This document shows, in pieces, positions 13,103 through 23,781 of a DNA stretch of 64,000 nucleotides (positions within the stretch are counted from its first letter, which is position 1; the number at the start of each line of letters is the position of its first letter). The stretch spans positions 128,650,001 through 128,714,000 of the forward strand of contig CM097884.1 of the NCBI GenBank assembly GCA_044892505.1, in the 5' to 3' direction. The position numbers and the translations under genes are program-made. This DNA is from Schmidtea nova (lineage: Eukaryota). The notes under the pieces were generated by a model. The model did not search any database. It saw nothing but the letters and a program-made list of their open reading frames with translations, and had not been told where the DNA came from.

Positions 13103-14275
13103 GGCGACCACGCCGAAATTAACGCAGTTAAAACACGTAGCCAAGATAAGAAATCAGCAAGAGATGTTTTACCAAAGAAGGCTCAAGAAATCTTAGACGT
13201 TGAAATTCGTAGATACGATGGAAGATGCGCTAAGGAAGCAGAAAAATGGATTAAAGCGATCGATGAGTGGATTATAAGAAATGATCTAAAACGGACGGAA
13301 GCTTTTGATTTGTTGTTATCGGAAGAAGCGTCAATCTTGTGGAAGAATTTCAAAACCGAAGACACATCAGAGGATGATGCTAGAGAATGGTTTATAGAAA
13401 CATTCACTATAAAAAAGTCAATATTAGATAAAATCAAGGATCTTTCAACTATCAGACAAGATGACAACGAACGTTTTGCTACTTTCGAGATTCGAGTTCT
13501 CAAAATCGTGGAAGAAGTTTTATATTCAGGATTGTCAAAGGAAGAAATCGTAAGTGAGATTATTATGCACAGAGTGAGAGATAAAAGATTAAAAGAGGTA
13601 CTTACGACGAAACCTAAGATGGATCACAAAGAGAGAAATGATTTAGCAAAGATTTATGAGAAAACAGAGGACAGATCTGAAGAAATTTTGGCAGTGAAAC
13701 CAATGTCATATGCGGAAAAATTCAAAGAGGGTCTAAGAAATCAAAAGGAATTGGAGAGAGGAAAGCAAAGACCATATATACGGAAAGAACCCAGAAGTTT
13801 CGAAAACAAAGTGGAATACGGAAGATATGAACAACCAGAGTCCCAAAGATGGAAAGAACAGCAGACGGGTGAAAAGAAGATGCCAACTGTATCTCTGAAA
13901 CATATAGCCAAACGGTTATACAACAGACATATGGGGTTACCAGAACCAAGGCCATGCGAACTCAAATCAGGTCAATGTTTTTGTTGCGGAGAAGAAGGAC
14001 ATAGGCGTTTTGAATGCCCTTTAAAGGATAAATGTTTGATTTGCGGGAAGAACGGACACAATTTTAGAAATTGTAACCTTCTGAATGAACGACGAGGTTA
14101 CAACACCAACGTCAAGAAGATATCATGTATACACGAAGAAATGGAGGATCAGCAGATAAATAGTTATGATTTTAGAGATGAATACGGAAGTGAGTGTCAA
14201 CCACATGAAGTAGAAGTAAGAAAAAATGCCAACGATCCCATCGCACACATTTCGTCAATGGGATCGCAGATATAA
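13079..14275 (+). pseudogene. gag: Gag with two CCHC knuckles; ATG inside the 5' LTR, codon 2 is TGA in this copy
   Basis: The frame is open from 13085 to 14275 with no in-frame ATG until deep in the ORF. The 3' LTR reads ATG TCA GAT ATT AAG ATA GTT ACT at the same position. Knuckles CFCCGEEGHRRFEC and CLICGKNGHNFRNC. Confidence 0.88.
13102..13112 (+). promoter_or_regulatory. Primer-binding site TGGCGACCACG (tRNA-Arg(UCG)-like), overlapping the last LTR base
   Basis: TGG-initiated 11-mer complementary to a tRNA 3' end CGUGGUCGCCA. tRNA identity comes from recalled acceptor stems. Confidence 0.75.
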
Positions 14276-17200
14276 ATGAAGAAAATCGAAATGACAGGAG
14301 AAGAAGCATGAAGTATCAGACGAGCGATGGAAGAGAATGGAGTAAGATGGTTATTAATACGGTTGAAGTAGAAATGTTATGGGATTCGGGGGCATCAATA
14401 TCAGTGATGAATGAAGAAACATGGATAAACATCGGAAAACCGAGGTTAGATGCAAGCGATTTGACGATTTGTGGCGTTTTTCCAGGAAGTAAAAGACCAC
14501 TGGGACGTACGATGGTAGAGGCGAAATGGAACCAAAAACAGAGGAACATATGTATTGTTGTTATGAGGGATATTCGACCAGGATTTATTGGTGGAGTAGA
14601 TACAATGAAAGCGTTCGGCATACAACTGTTGGAAGTGAAAAGTATTGAAGACAATGAGATCAAGACAAACATCAACGACAAAGACCGACTATTAAAAGCG
14701 AAAACAGACTTGCTGAAAGAGGAAAATATCGAGCTCGAGAAATTAATCACGGATTTTGCTTCAATATTTATGGCAACCAAATTCGATTTAGGATATACCA
14801 CGACGGTAGTACATAAAATTAAAACGACTGGTAATCCTGTGATGCAATATCCACGACGACAACCGATGCATCTGGAACGGAAGGTAGATGACTTAATACA
14901 AAAGTTAGTAGAAGCAAGGGTGATCAGGCGATGTCAGAGCCCATGGAACGCACCATTAGTCATAGTAGGAAAGAAAGACGGATCGATCAGAATGTGTGCG
15001 GATTATCGGAGTCTAAATAGTCTGACAGAGAAGGAATCTTTTCCGATGCCGAATATCACACAGCTACTGGATTGCTTGGCCGGAGCGAAGTTTTTCTCAT
15101 CATTGGATCTGGGTCAAGCATATTATCAAGTGGCATTGGCAGCAGAGTCACAGGAGAAAACCGCGTTTAGTACGAAAAGCGGGCAGTTCTGTTTTGAGCG
15201 ATTACCGTTCGGATTGACAACAGCTCCAGCTAAATTTCAGAGATTCATGAACACAATGTTAGAAGATATTCTTTTTAATGGGGCGGTGGTATATTTAGAT
15301 GACATCCTCATATACGGGAAGGATAAATCGGAACATGACAGCCGGCTAAAAGAAGTTTTTGAAAGAATCAGAAGTACTGGCGTGAAGATAAATTCGGAGA
15401 AATGTAAGATCTACAAAGATAAGTTAATATTTTTAGGGCATACCGTGAGTGAGTTCGGTATTCAAACTAACGAAGAAAAGATACGGGTGATTAGGGAAGC
15501 TACAAGACCAAAATGTGCGAAACAACTGCGCTCATTTTTGGGACTGACGAATTATTATCGAAGATTTGTCAAAGATTATGCGCGTCTGGCAGCACCACTA
15601 TATGCAGCAACAACGGGGTGTGATAAGACCTTACAATGGTCTCAAAAATGTGAAACAAGTTTCGAGAATTTAAAAGAAGCCCTGATGAAAACACCTGTAC
15701 TGGATTATCCTAGGATGGACAGAGTATTTGTCTTAGATACGGATGCTTGTTTTGAAGCGGTAGGTGCCGTTCTGAGTCAAATCACAGAGGAAGGTAAAGA
15801 AGTAGTAATTGCGTATGGGTCGAGACATCTCACAGCACACGAAAAAGGGTATTGTGTGACCAGAAAGAAATTGCTGGCATTACATGAGTTTGTTACTTAT
15901 TTTCGTCAATACTTATGTGGGAAGGAGTTCATAGCGAGAACCGACCACAAGGCGCTTGTATTTATGAATACGACAAAGAAAGCGATAAGTCCACAATTCC
16001 AAACATGGATGGTGAACTTATCAGAATATAATTTTAAATTGCAGTATCGGAAAGGAGTAGAACATGGGAATGCCGATGGATTGTCGAGAATTGGAGGAAT
16101 GTTGTGCGCACAATGTCAAACACAACACGAAGAGCCGAAGAAGGAGAGAGCTAGGGTACGATATATTAATTCGATACAAAAAACTGGCACCATGATGAAA
16201 ATTATGGAAGAACAAAAGAAGGACAAAGGGTTTCAAGGAGCATGGAATTATATCAATGAATTTTTGAATGAGGAAGAAGATTCTTTCAAGAAATCTTTCC
16301 TATATGCTCACAAAGACAGATTGAAGATCAACGATGACCTAATTACCGTAGAGAGAGAATCCAATGATTTAGTAGCAGTTCCAGAGAGCCATCAAAAACA
16401 ACTGGTTAAAAAGATTCATGAAGAATTATGTCATGTGGGGGGAAAAAAAGTCTTTCATTACATGGGAAATAGTTTTTTCTGGCCAAAGATGTGTGAAACA
16501 GTAAGACACGTTGTAAAAGAATGTAGTATTTGTGCGAGAAGGAAAATAGATCAAGGAAGAACGAAAGAACTTTTTATTCCACGCGGAAGTAACGGGTTTC
16601 TGGAACAAATCGTAGTTGATGTAGCACACATGGAAAAGACAAGGTCCGGAAAGAGATATGTGATTGTCATAATAGATCGGTTCAGTAAATTAGTATGCCT
16701 AACTGCGACAGAGAAGCAAGACGAAATGACGATATTCCGGATTATACTTCATAATTGGATTTATAAATATGGAAAGCCAGAAAGTATTCTTTCAGACAGA
16801 GGAAAAAATTTTGAAGGCAGATATATGAAAGAGAAATTCGAAGTTTTAGGGATTCGTCAAGAATTCTCAGCACCATATCAACATCAATCAAATGGATTGG
16901 TAGAAAGAGTAATTCGCACGATGAGAGATCTACTGGTGACTTCAATTCTTACTAACAACAGGCGATATGAATGGTGCGAGATACTTCCAAGGGTGGAATT
17001 CAGCATCAATGCGACGTTCCAAAGCGCAACTAAATATTCTCCATTTGAGATTGTGTATGGACGGAAAGTGTCACTTCATGCCAATGGACAAGGATCGGAG
17101 ATCAAAGGCCAAAGAGTTGACGAGAAAGTGGTTCAGAATGCTAAGCTAGCGGCAGATAGAATGAGAATTTTAGAAAAAGATCGAAGAGGTAAACGTTCTT

Positions 17201-17382
17201 TTGAAGTGGGGGAGGAAGTATTGGTTCGACTGGAGCCACACAGAAGGAATAAGAATGACATACAATACGATGGACCATATAAGATTGTTAGATTTTTGTC
17301 GGAACACCAGGTCGAGCTACAATTTCCGGATGCTAGACGACCGAGACGGATAGAATGGCTGAAGAGATGGCATCAAAGTTGA
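14209..17382 (+). CDS. pol: Pol polyprotein (protease, RT, RNase H, integrase)
   Basis: LWDSGA (PR), YLDD (RT), DAC..TDH..ADGLS (RH), H..H..C..C, D-D35-E and GPY (IN). Uninterrupted 1024-aa ORF from the ATG at 14308. Confidence 0.97.
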   Translation, partial: SRSKKKCQRSHRTHFVNGIADINEENRNDRRRSMKYQTSDGREWSKMVINTVEVEMLWDSGASISVMNEETWINIGKPRLDASDLTICGVFPGSKRPLGRTMVEAKWNQKQRNICIVVMRDIRPGFIGGVDTMKAFGIQLLEVKSIEDNEIKTNINDKDRLLKAKTDLLKEENIELEKLITDFASIFMATKFDLGYTTTVVHKIKTTGNPVMQYPRRQPMHLERKVDDLIQKLVEARVIRRCQSPWNAPLVIVGKKDGSIRMCADYRSLNSLTEKESFPMPNITQLLDCLAGAKFFSSLDLGQAYYQVALAAESQEKTAFSTKSGQFCFERLPFGLTTAPAKFQRFMNTMLEDILFNGAVVYLDDILIYGKDKSEHDSRLKEVFERIRSTGVKINSEKCKIYKDKLIFLGHTVSEFGIQTNEEKIRVIREATRPKCAKQLRSFLGLTNYYRRFVKDYARLAAPLYAATTGCDKTLQWSQKCETSFENLKEALMKTPVLDYPRMDRVFVLDTDACFEAVGAVLSQITEEGKEVVIAYGSRHLTAHEKGYCVTRKKLLALHEFVTYFRQYLCGKEFIARTDHKALVFMNTTKKAISPQFQTWMVNLSEYNFKLQYRKGVEHGNADGLSRIGGMLCAQCQTQHEEPKKERARVRYINSIQKTGTMMKIMEEQKKDKGFQGAWNYINEFLNEEEDSFKKSFLYAHKDRLKINDDLITVERESNDLVAVPESHQKQLVKKIHEELCHVGGKKVFHYMGNSFFWPKMCETVRHVVKECSICARRKIDQGRTKELFIPRGSNGFLEQIVVDVAHMEKTRSGKRYVIVIIDRFSKLVCLTATEKQDEMTIFRIILHNWIYKYGKPESILSDRGKNFEGRYMKEKFEVLGIRQEFSAPYQHQSNGLVERVIRTMRDLLVTSILTNNRRYEWCEILPRVEFSINATFQSATKYSPFEIVYGRKVSLHANGQGSEIKGQRVDEKVVQNAKLAADRMRILEKDRRGKRSFEVGEEVLVRLEPHRRNKNDIQYDGPYKIVRFLSEHQVELQFPDARRPRRIEWLKRWHQS
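14221..14293 (+). promoter_or_regulatory. Predicted -1 ribosomal frameshift signal (A AAA AAT + H-type pseudoknot)
   Basis: The pol frame is -1 to gag and open from 14209. Heptamer at 14221-14227, 5-nt spacer, stem 1 CGATCCCAT/ATGGGATCG (14233-41/14258-66), stem 2 CATTTCG/CGAAATG (14248-54/14287-93). Confidence 0.75.
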
Positions 17383-17391
17383 GGAGGGGAA
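17381..17391 (+). promoter_or_regulatory. Polypurine tract GAGGAGGGGAA, overlapping the pol stop codon
   Basis: All-purine run directly before the 3' LTR. Confidence 0.9.
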
Positions 17392-17523
17392 AGTAATGTA
17401 ATGATTATTAAAAAACAAGTTGTTTAAATAATCAACAAGAAGGAGTTGTTTTTAAAAAATAAATATTAAGTTTTTCAACTGTTCAATTGTTTATTTTTGA
17501 TGTCAGATATTAAGATAGTTACT
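17392..17523 (+). repeat. 3' LTR
   Basis: Direct repeat of 12971-13102. Confidence 0.97.
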
Positions 17524-17626
17524 TATTGTTTATAAACTTTAAAACTTTGCAAGAAGTTAACAAATGTTTACATTAATTTTCAAATAAATTTACTTTAACA
17601 GATGTCTAATACGTTCTCTTTAAATA

Positions 17627-18078
17627 TCAGAGGCAAAACAATCCAAACTTGCGCCTTTCTAGGGCGGCTCTATGTAAGTAACAAAATTTACGCCCTTTTA
17701 AAAAAACTATAAGTTAAGAAACCAACCTGTTTTTACAGTGAAATAATAACAATTTATTTATTGAGAAGAACTACCACTATATTTATTACAAATTAATTTC
17801 CTTCCTTTTAATGAAGCAAATTCATTAATTATCTGATCAAAATTAATTTTATCAGCTAAATCAGCTTCAATTGAGATGATGCTTAAATATGTTAATTTGT
17901 CTTGGTTCATAGTGAACCTAGTTTTTTTAATTTTTTTATGAAGAAATTATAATAAATTATAGGAAAATATCTAATGAAGTCAAAATTCGAAAATATTAGA
18001 AGATTTTATTAAAGGAATGATTATTGTTTCTGTGCCCTAGATAGGAGCAGTGTTCATCTACCCCTCGTACCAGTGCTG
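17627..18078 (-). mobile_element. Internally deleted hAT derivative retaining the dimerisation-domain tail
   Basis: 17786-17960 minus reads KKTRFTMNQDKLTYLSIISIEADLADKINFDQIINEFASLKGRKL. Subterminal CTAGGGCGG/GTGCCCTAG motifs. Ends approximate. Confidence 0.7.
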
Positions 18079-18299
18079 CAATAGATAATATTAATAATAA
18101 TATTTCATGATTAGAATTCAGAAAGATGGGTCTTATATTTAACAATTAGGTATAGATAACAAAATAATTCATTGAAATAATTAAATTAAAAAATATGAAC
18201 ATGTATAAAAATTTCAAAATCCCAAAGAAAATGACAATGCGATCAATGTAAAATAATATGTACGGATTTTATTGTGAATTTTGTTTGCAATTTTAAATG

Positions 18300-18860
18300 G
18301 TTAAATGGATTTTCCATTGTCATTCATTGTCTTGAGGTAAAATAACGCATATTGAACAGGAGGATTTGCGTACCACTGGGAAAAACAAGCAGTTATTTGT
18401 GAATATTTTGAAAACTTTAATTTTTTTTTAAGAATCTTGAAGACGATCATATAAATAACATGGACAAAACGCCATTGTTTGTGGATATGGTTGGATCTCA
18501 AACAATATCTTTCAATAGATAGAAACACACAGAGGTATTCGCAACCGGAAACTAGACTTACTATATTTCTAATTCTGGTAAATTTATTCAAATTATGATG
18601 ATTTTGAAAGAACTGAAGAAGGTTCTGAAATGCAACGTGCCAAGTTATATATTTTTGGGAGTTTCGAAAAGGTTTCTATGAATACTTATTTAATGAAGAC
18701 TTAGATTAAAACGTGATTTGGATATGAATAACCAATTTGGAAAGAACCAAACTATTTTTTAATAATGGATGAACGAAGGAGCCATAAAATAAATACTGCT
18801 TTAGACACATTCTTAAGGAATAGGAAAGTAAACTATTTATACAACCACTCTGCAAACACT
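18300..18860 (+). pseudogene. pogo-family DDE transposase relic
   Basis: HSLS*GKITH..Q, then NMDKTPLFVDMVGSQTISF..K.TEVFATG (first D motif), SGKFIQIMMILK, and IMDERRSHK (second D motif). Multiple stops. Confidence 0.72.
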
Positions 18861-18965
18861 ATCTCAAACCAATAATTGCAACCATTAATGCAGTTATAAA
18901 GGCTGATTAGAGAAGACAGTGAGATAAATGGATGTGTTCCAGAATTAAAACATATACTTCTAAGG

Positions 18966-19055
18966 CAGAAGTGGCAAACGTTTTTAACGGAGGGTCGCAT
19001 TGGTATCTGTCCTATGCAAAGTGGGCTGCATCAGCACAACTCGCCGTATTGACTA
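18966..19055 (+). mobile_element. 5' fragment of the Buster-type MITE family seen whole at 28972
   Basis: About 90 bp aligning with 28972-29060 (GCAAACGTTTTTAACG...GGTATCTGTCCTATGCAA...GCATCAGCACAACTCGCCGTATTGAC). Confidence 0.8.
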
Positions 19056-19501
19056 CTGTAAAAATATATATCCTTATTCGTGAACAATGTTATTCTTGAG
19101 ATTGAAATTGTAGTATTGTATTTTATGTGTATTGGAAATATATTGTTACATGAAATATATTTAATTTTGGGTTCATTTATAAGGATCGGTCTTAAAAATG
19201 GAATTTATTTTGCACAAAAATATTCAAGACACCATGGTTTCACCGGACCTTATCCATGGAAATATCCGGCTTATATCGTCTTTACCAATTATTGTTGATA
19301 GTTTATTGCTTATCGAATCCCGAAAATATGAAGAGCCAAAAGAACTCAATCAAAAGTTTATTACACCGTCTGTTTGGAAATCCAAAACTTTAAAATTCAT
19401 TTTGTTTATAAAGCGACGAATAAGTTACTTAAAACAAAGAAAAAACTTATTGTAAATTTAGCATGTAAGATCAACATAAAAAATAAATCGAAAAAGATTA
19501 C

Positions 19502-19866
19502 CTGGAATTCAGAAATCTGCGATGAGATTCCTATATTTATATGACATTTTCAAAATTTAACTGTACAAATATCCTACTAATGTAGTCTCATTCGGCCATT
19601 CAGCCAGGGGCCCCATTGCGGGTATTTCTGAGTAAATTTCTGCAATAAATGATGCTTTGCTTTGATTAACTTTTTGAACTTTGTGTTTCTAAATAATATT
19701 CAACTAAAAAAGAATTTTAATAAAAATTTATGAAAAAAGGCATCAGCCACGCAAATACAGTTTCAAATATTGTTACTTTTGCCCCTCAAGAAACTTTTAT
19801 ACATGAGATACAGAAACCTAACACCGCCGTCACGGAAACCACAGCTTCCCAAAGTTTCGTCGCAAT
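19502..19866 (-). CDS. Three candidate phase-compatible micro-exons (19866-19818, 19639-19578, 19530-19502) of an unidentified gene
   Basis: GT-AG introns of 178 and 47 nt. Spliced reading IATKLWEAVVSVTAVLEIYSEIPQWGPLAEWPNETTLESHRRFLNS. The first donor (GTTTCT) is weak. Confidence 0.42.
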
Positions 19867-20169
19867 CTAACAAACAGTGAATATTGAAAGAAATTTCAAT
19901 AAATAAAATTTCTTTAAAAACGAATTTATAGAAAAAAACATTAACTTACAAAAAAATTCAAATTAAAGGAAAAGTTTATTACTACAAAATTAAACAAATA
20001 GAACACAAACGATGATGCTGATGATGGATGATGATGATTATATCGATAATGATTGATTATAAAAATTATAACTGATGATATATATAAAATTTAATCTCTA
20101 TTTATACTATTTATGATAATCAAAACTATATTGATTTTTAAAAAAATAATTATAATGTATAATTATAAT

Positions 20170-20470
20170 GAAGCCATCTACCGATGTACTAAAAAAGCAA
20201 TAGGGCTCCTTGTCTAAGATGTATCTACCGTATAGCAAAGTTTTAGCACAATAGTACCAGTATAAATTGAGTTATGTTAGAAAATGAATGAAAAAAATTC
20301 TAAAAATTCGGACTTTACCTCACTCTGCTCACTAAAAAACTGAAGACTTCGCCCAATCGACTCACAAACAATAGGGTTCCTCGTTAAAGATGTATCTACC
20401 AAAAAACGAAAGTTTCAAGACGATAGCTCTACCGCTCCCGAGTCTTGAGCTGACATACATACATTGTCTG
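20170..20470 (+). mobile_element. Helentron/Helitron-associated non-autonomous element (DINE/HINE-like)
   Basis: Duplicated block CAATAGGG.TCCT...GATGTATCTACC (about 20197 and 20368), then AAGTTTCAAGACGATAGCTCT and a (CATA)n microsatellite. Recognised by layout only. Confidence 0.55.
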
Positions 20471-21528
20471 AAACATTTCTTCTGTTCTTTAAGTTCAAAT
20501 AAATAACAAGTTGCCAACATATATTAATTGAGTAACACAACCAAAATGGATTAAATACCATAATTATTAAAATGGATTGGAGGGTATTCATAAATAATAA
20601 TCACCTTTAATAATTTCCGGAATCTCCCTTCAATCAATAAATTTCCTTTAAAAAAATTAATTTCACCTTGTGTCGGTTTTTAACATTTTTTAAATATAAT
20701 AACCAAATTCTTGAAACAGAGTCTCCATTATATACTCCTAGTTATTGTTGGATCTACGACTGCCATTTAACAATCAATTTTCGTGACTTTTGGCTTTAGT
20801 TACTCAACTCAAGTTTTACATAATAAATTAATTTAACGAATAAACAATTATATGTTTTCAAATATTATCTGGTTTCTGACCCTTGTGAAAATTTTCTGAT
20901 AAACCCTTTCATAATAGGCTACTCCTCATCACCAATTCTATATAAGGCCATTTTCACATTTTAATACGGTAATTCATAATTCATTATTTGAGTTTCCGTA
21001 AATTCATATTCATGCGCTTTCCGCATTATTCTATTGGTCAGTTTTCATTATATTTCCTTTGCTATCAATTTTACTTGATCACTCTTACATCATTAATTAA
21101 TTTACATTCCAATTTTAAAATAACTTTAAATTTTTTTAACATTTGATATTTATTTTATCATGTTTCGGTTGTGATTTTACATAAATGTTAATTTTAATAC
21201 ATAAATTAAATTTTTATTTATTTAAAATCCAAGATATAATTAAAGAAATGTTTGATAAATTCAATATACTTGACAAAACGGATAGCAATGGGCTATTTGG
21301 AAAGTTATAGTAATTTTATAAATTTTATATATAATTCTAATGGAAAAATATGATGTCTATGTTAACAATAATTGCATTAAATGTTAAAAATTCGAATAGC
21401 GAGTTTGTAATTAACATTTTAATTATCAAATTTATTTATGGATAGTTAGCTTTATATATGCTTTTTTACTTAACTCATCAATCTCTCTCTATCTCTCTAT
21501 TTACAAATGTCAAAATAATAAAATAAAA

Positions 21529-21905
21529 TTATTGACTTGGATGAGCTTGCTTTTCACCATATAATCTGACGATATTTGGAGAAATTGGTATTAATCGTAG
21601 TTGCATGACATTTTCTGCATCAAGTTTGTTTATGTATTTTGTCTTTGTGGCAATGTAAAGAGAGAATGACCTTTCGCAAATATATATTATTTGTTTAAAT
21701 AGTTAATTATATTGTTACGAAAGGCTCGTTCGGAAATTTCCGGATATTCATTCAATAATTGAATTAATATGATAAATGAAAATTTATATTTATGTTTCTT
21801 TATGAGAAATGAAGAAATTTCTTTTGAATTACTGATTTATTTTAGAAAACTTGAAGGATTTCATGGAACCCTAGGGTTCCACGGAACACAGTTTGAAGAC
21901 CACTG
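21529..21905 (-). mobile_element. Buster/Charlie-type hAT derivative (one terminus plus transposase C-terminus)
   Basis: Terminus CAGTGGTCTTCAAACTGTGTTCCGTGGAACCCTAGGGTTCC. 21529-21690 reads YICERSFSLYIATKTKYINKLDAENVMQLRLIPISPNIVRLYGEKQAHPSQ*. Confidence 0.82.
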
Positions 21906-22260
21906 ATTTAAATAAACAAGCATATTAATTATGTATTTAAAATTTTAAAATTATAATAACATCGCATTTTCAACATGTTGGATTTTTAAAGAATTTTAGG
22001 CTGATATTTGCAAATTTTTAAAAAGTTTTCTAAATGAAGTTTAAGTTATCAAATCTTTTGCCAAATTTATCTCCAACTATCGGCTATGGTGAAAAACTAA
22101 AGGGTACCAAAAATAAATAAATAAAATTATTNNNNNNNNNNNNNNNNNNNNNNNNNNNNNNNNNNNNNNNNNNNNNNNNNNNNNNNNNNNNNNNNNNNNN
22201 NNNNNNNNNNNNNNNNNNNNNNNNNNNNNNNNNNNNNNNNNNNNNNNNNNNNNNNNNNNN

Positions 22261-23723
22261 AATTCAAAATATTTATTCACTACAATATTTAGTTATTTAA
22301 ACAAAATTAATATTTTGTTAAAGTGATGTGTGAATAATATTTTAATCACAACAGTTCTCCCATCCTAAATTGATTGCCATGCTGGTTTTAGACGATCAAC
22401 TGATACATTCTCCCAATTCAATAGCTTGAAATATTTGGGCTGCTTTTCTAATTCACGAAACGGACCTGTATATGGAGATTCTAATGATTTTCTTACATCC
22501 TGGAATGATCTGGCGATACATTCTAGTTTGTTGAAGTAACTCAACAGGTTATTATCAACTATCGAATTAATTGAAACTCTTTTCAAATTGTAGTCGGTTA
22601 GAGCTTAATTTCTGTTGCGAGAAAATCTGCACCAAGAATAGACTGTGATGCATCACATACATGGAGAAACCAACTAATTGTTTTGTTATCGATTCGTAAA
22701 TCAAATTTCCTATTCCCATAAAATTATATTGAAGTACTATTAGCAGCTGGTTTGAAATATTTTCGAGCAGACATGAAACGGATACTCCTCTACTAACTAA
22801 AAATTTGTCTTTATTATTGAATCTAAATATTTGGTTTACTGTACACCGCTTTTAAATAAAAGCTTCGACTGTGGTTAATTTTGAAGCGTTTTTCCATTTC
22901 CCGGCATATATAAAGCACATCGGGATCCATCTTTCAGTTTATCACATTTCCTGGCGTTTTTCTATATTTAGTGTGATAGAAACAAAGGTTATTCAATTTC
23001 TTGGGATTTTCTTTTAAATAGAATATTTCTTTTAATTCCACAATTTCATCCATTAAAGCCTGGATTTTAAAATTTTCATTCGAATATGGTGTTTCATTTT
23101 CCATTACAGCCAACACCCCATCCACTATTACAGCCAATTATTCCGTAGACCTTTCTTGATAACTTGTGATTATGAGTTTAATATCCTTTGAAAGAGCTTC
23201 AATAAACTTGTGTCGCATTTACCGTTGGTCTATTATTTGAGCTTCTGTGAACGCCGTACTAATTTTCTGATGAAGTTGTGTGGGTTTTAAATCATCTTGA
23301 TTAAATTTTCCAAGTGTGTACTCAATACATTTTGTCAGTGGCTTGGCAAAATTCTTCATAATAATTCCTTTGATGCATTGGTAAGATTCATTAACTGTCT
23401 CTGGATTATTGACGACGACATCTTCTGGAAGATAAGCCGTAACATGGTGAAATTTAGTAGAATAATTTGATAATTTAGACAATTTAAATTGGGGTTCTAG
23501 TTGTCTGAACCATAGAGCTAGATTATTTCTGTATAATGGACGCGGTTTGATTGAAACTCGCAAAATAGCTTATTCTGCTTGTTGTAGAAATGCCGCGTGG
23601 TCTCCAATGTTATGATTTGACATAATCAGATAAAATTCTAAATATTTATTCACTACAATATTTAGTTATTTAAACAAAATTAATATTTTGTTAAACTGAT
23701 GTGTGATTAATATTTTAATCACA

Positions 23724-23726
<3 letters not shown>
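22261..23726 (-). mobile_element. Internally deleted Ty3/Gypsy element (CsRn1/Kabuki-like): LTR-gag-PR-[deletion]-IN tail-LTR
   Basis: LTR 23608-23726 (TG...CA) repeated at 22261-22353, which runs into the gap. PBS TGGAGACCACG, PPT AGGATGGGAGAAC. Gag NLALWFRQLEPQF..TKFHHV and CFYHTKY, PR SILGADFL, IN tail PYTGPF..VSVDRLKPAW. Confidence 0.88.

Positions 23727-23778
<52 letters not shown>
23727..23778. repeat. (CA)n(TA)n compound microsatellite
   Basis: Direct reading; it joins the LTR relic and the Tigger terminus. Confidence 0.95.

Positions 23779-23781
<3 letters not shown>

Larger units (their letters stand above)
12971..17523 (+). mobile_element. Ty3/Gypsy LTR retrotransposon, young and near-intact (4553 bp, no env)
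   Basis: Two 132-bp LTRs identical at 131/132 positions. TSD TATTG at 12966-12970 and 17524-17528. Order is PBS, gag, pol (PR-RT-RH-IN), PPT. Confidence 0.98.

Noticed and set aside
13183-17149. Antisense or alternate-frame ORFs within the Gypsy (e.g. 14316-14801, 13183-13503)
   Set aside because: Shadow ORFs of gag-pol codon bias with no motifs.
19080-19455. GIYFA motif suggesting a PARP domain
   Set aside because: No other PARP residues, short ORFs, and the overlapping frames are equally uninformative.
20560-21100. Integrase zinc-finger relic
   Set aside because: Only a vague spacing resemblance; the Cys and His residues are not preserved.
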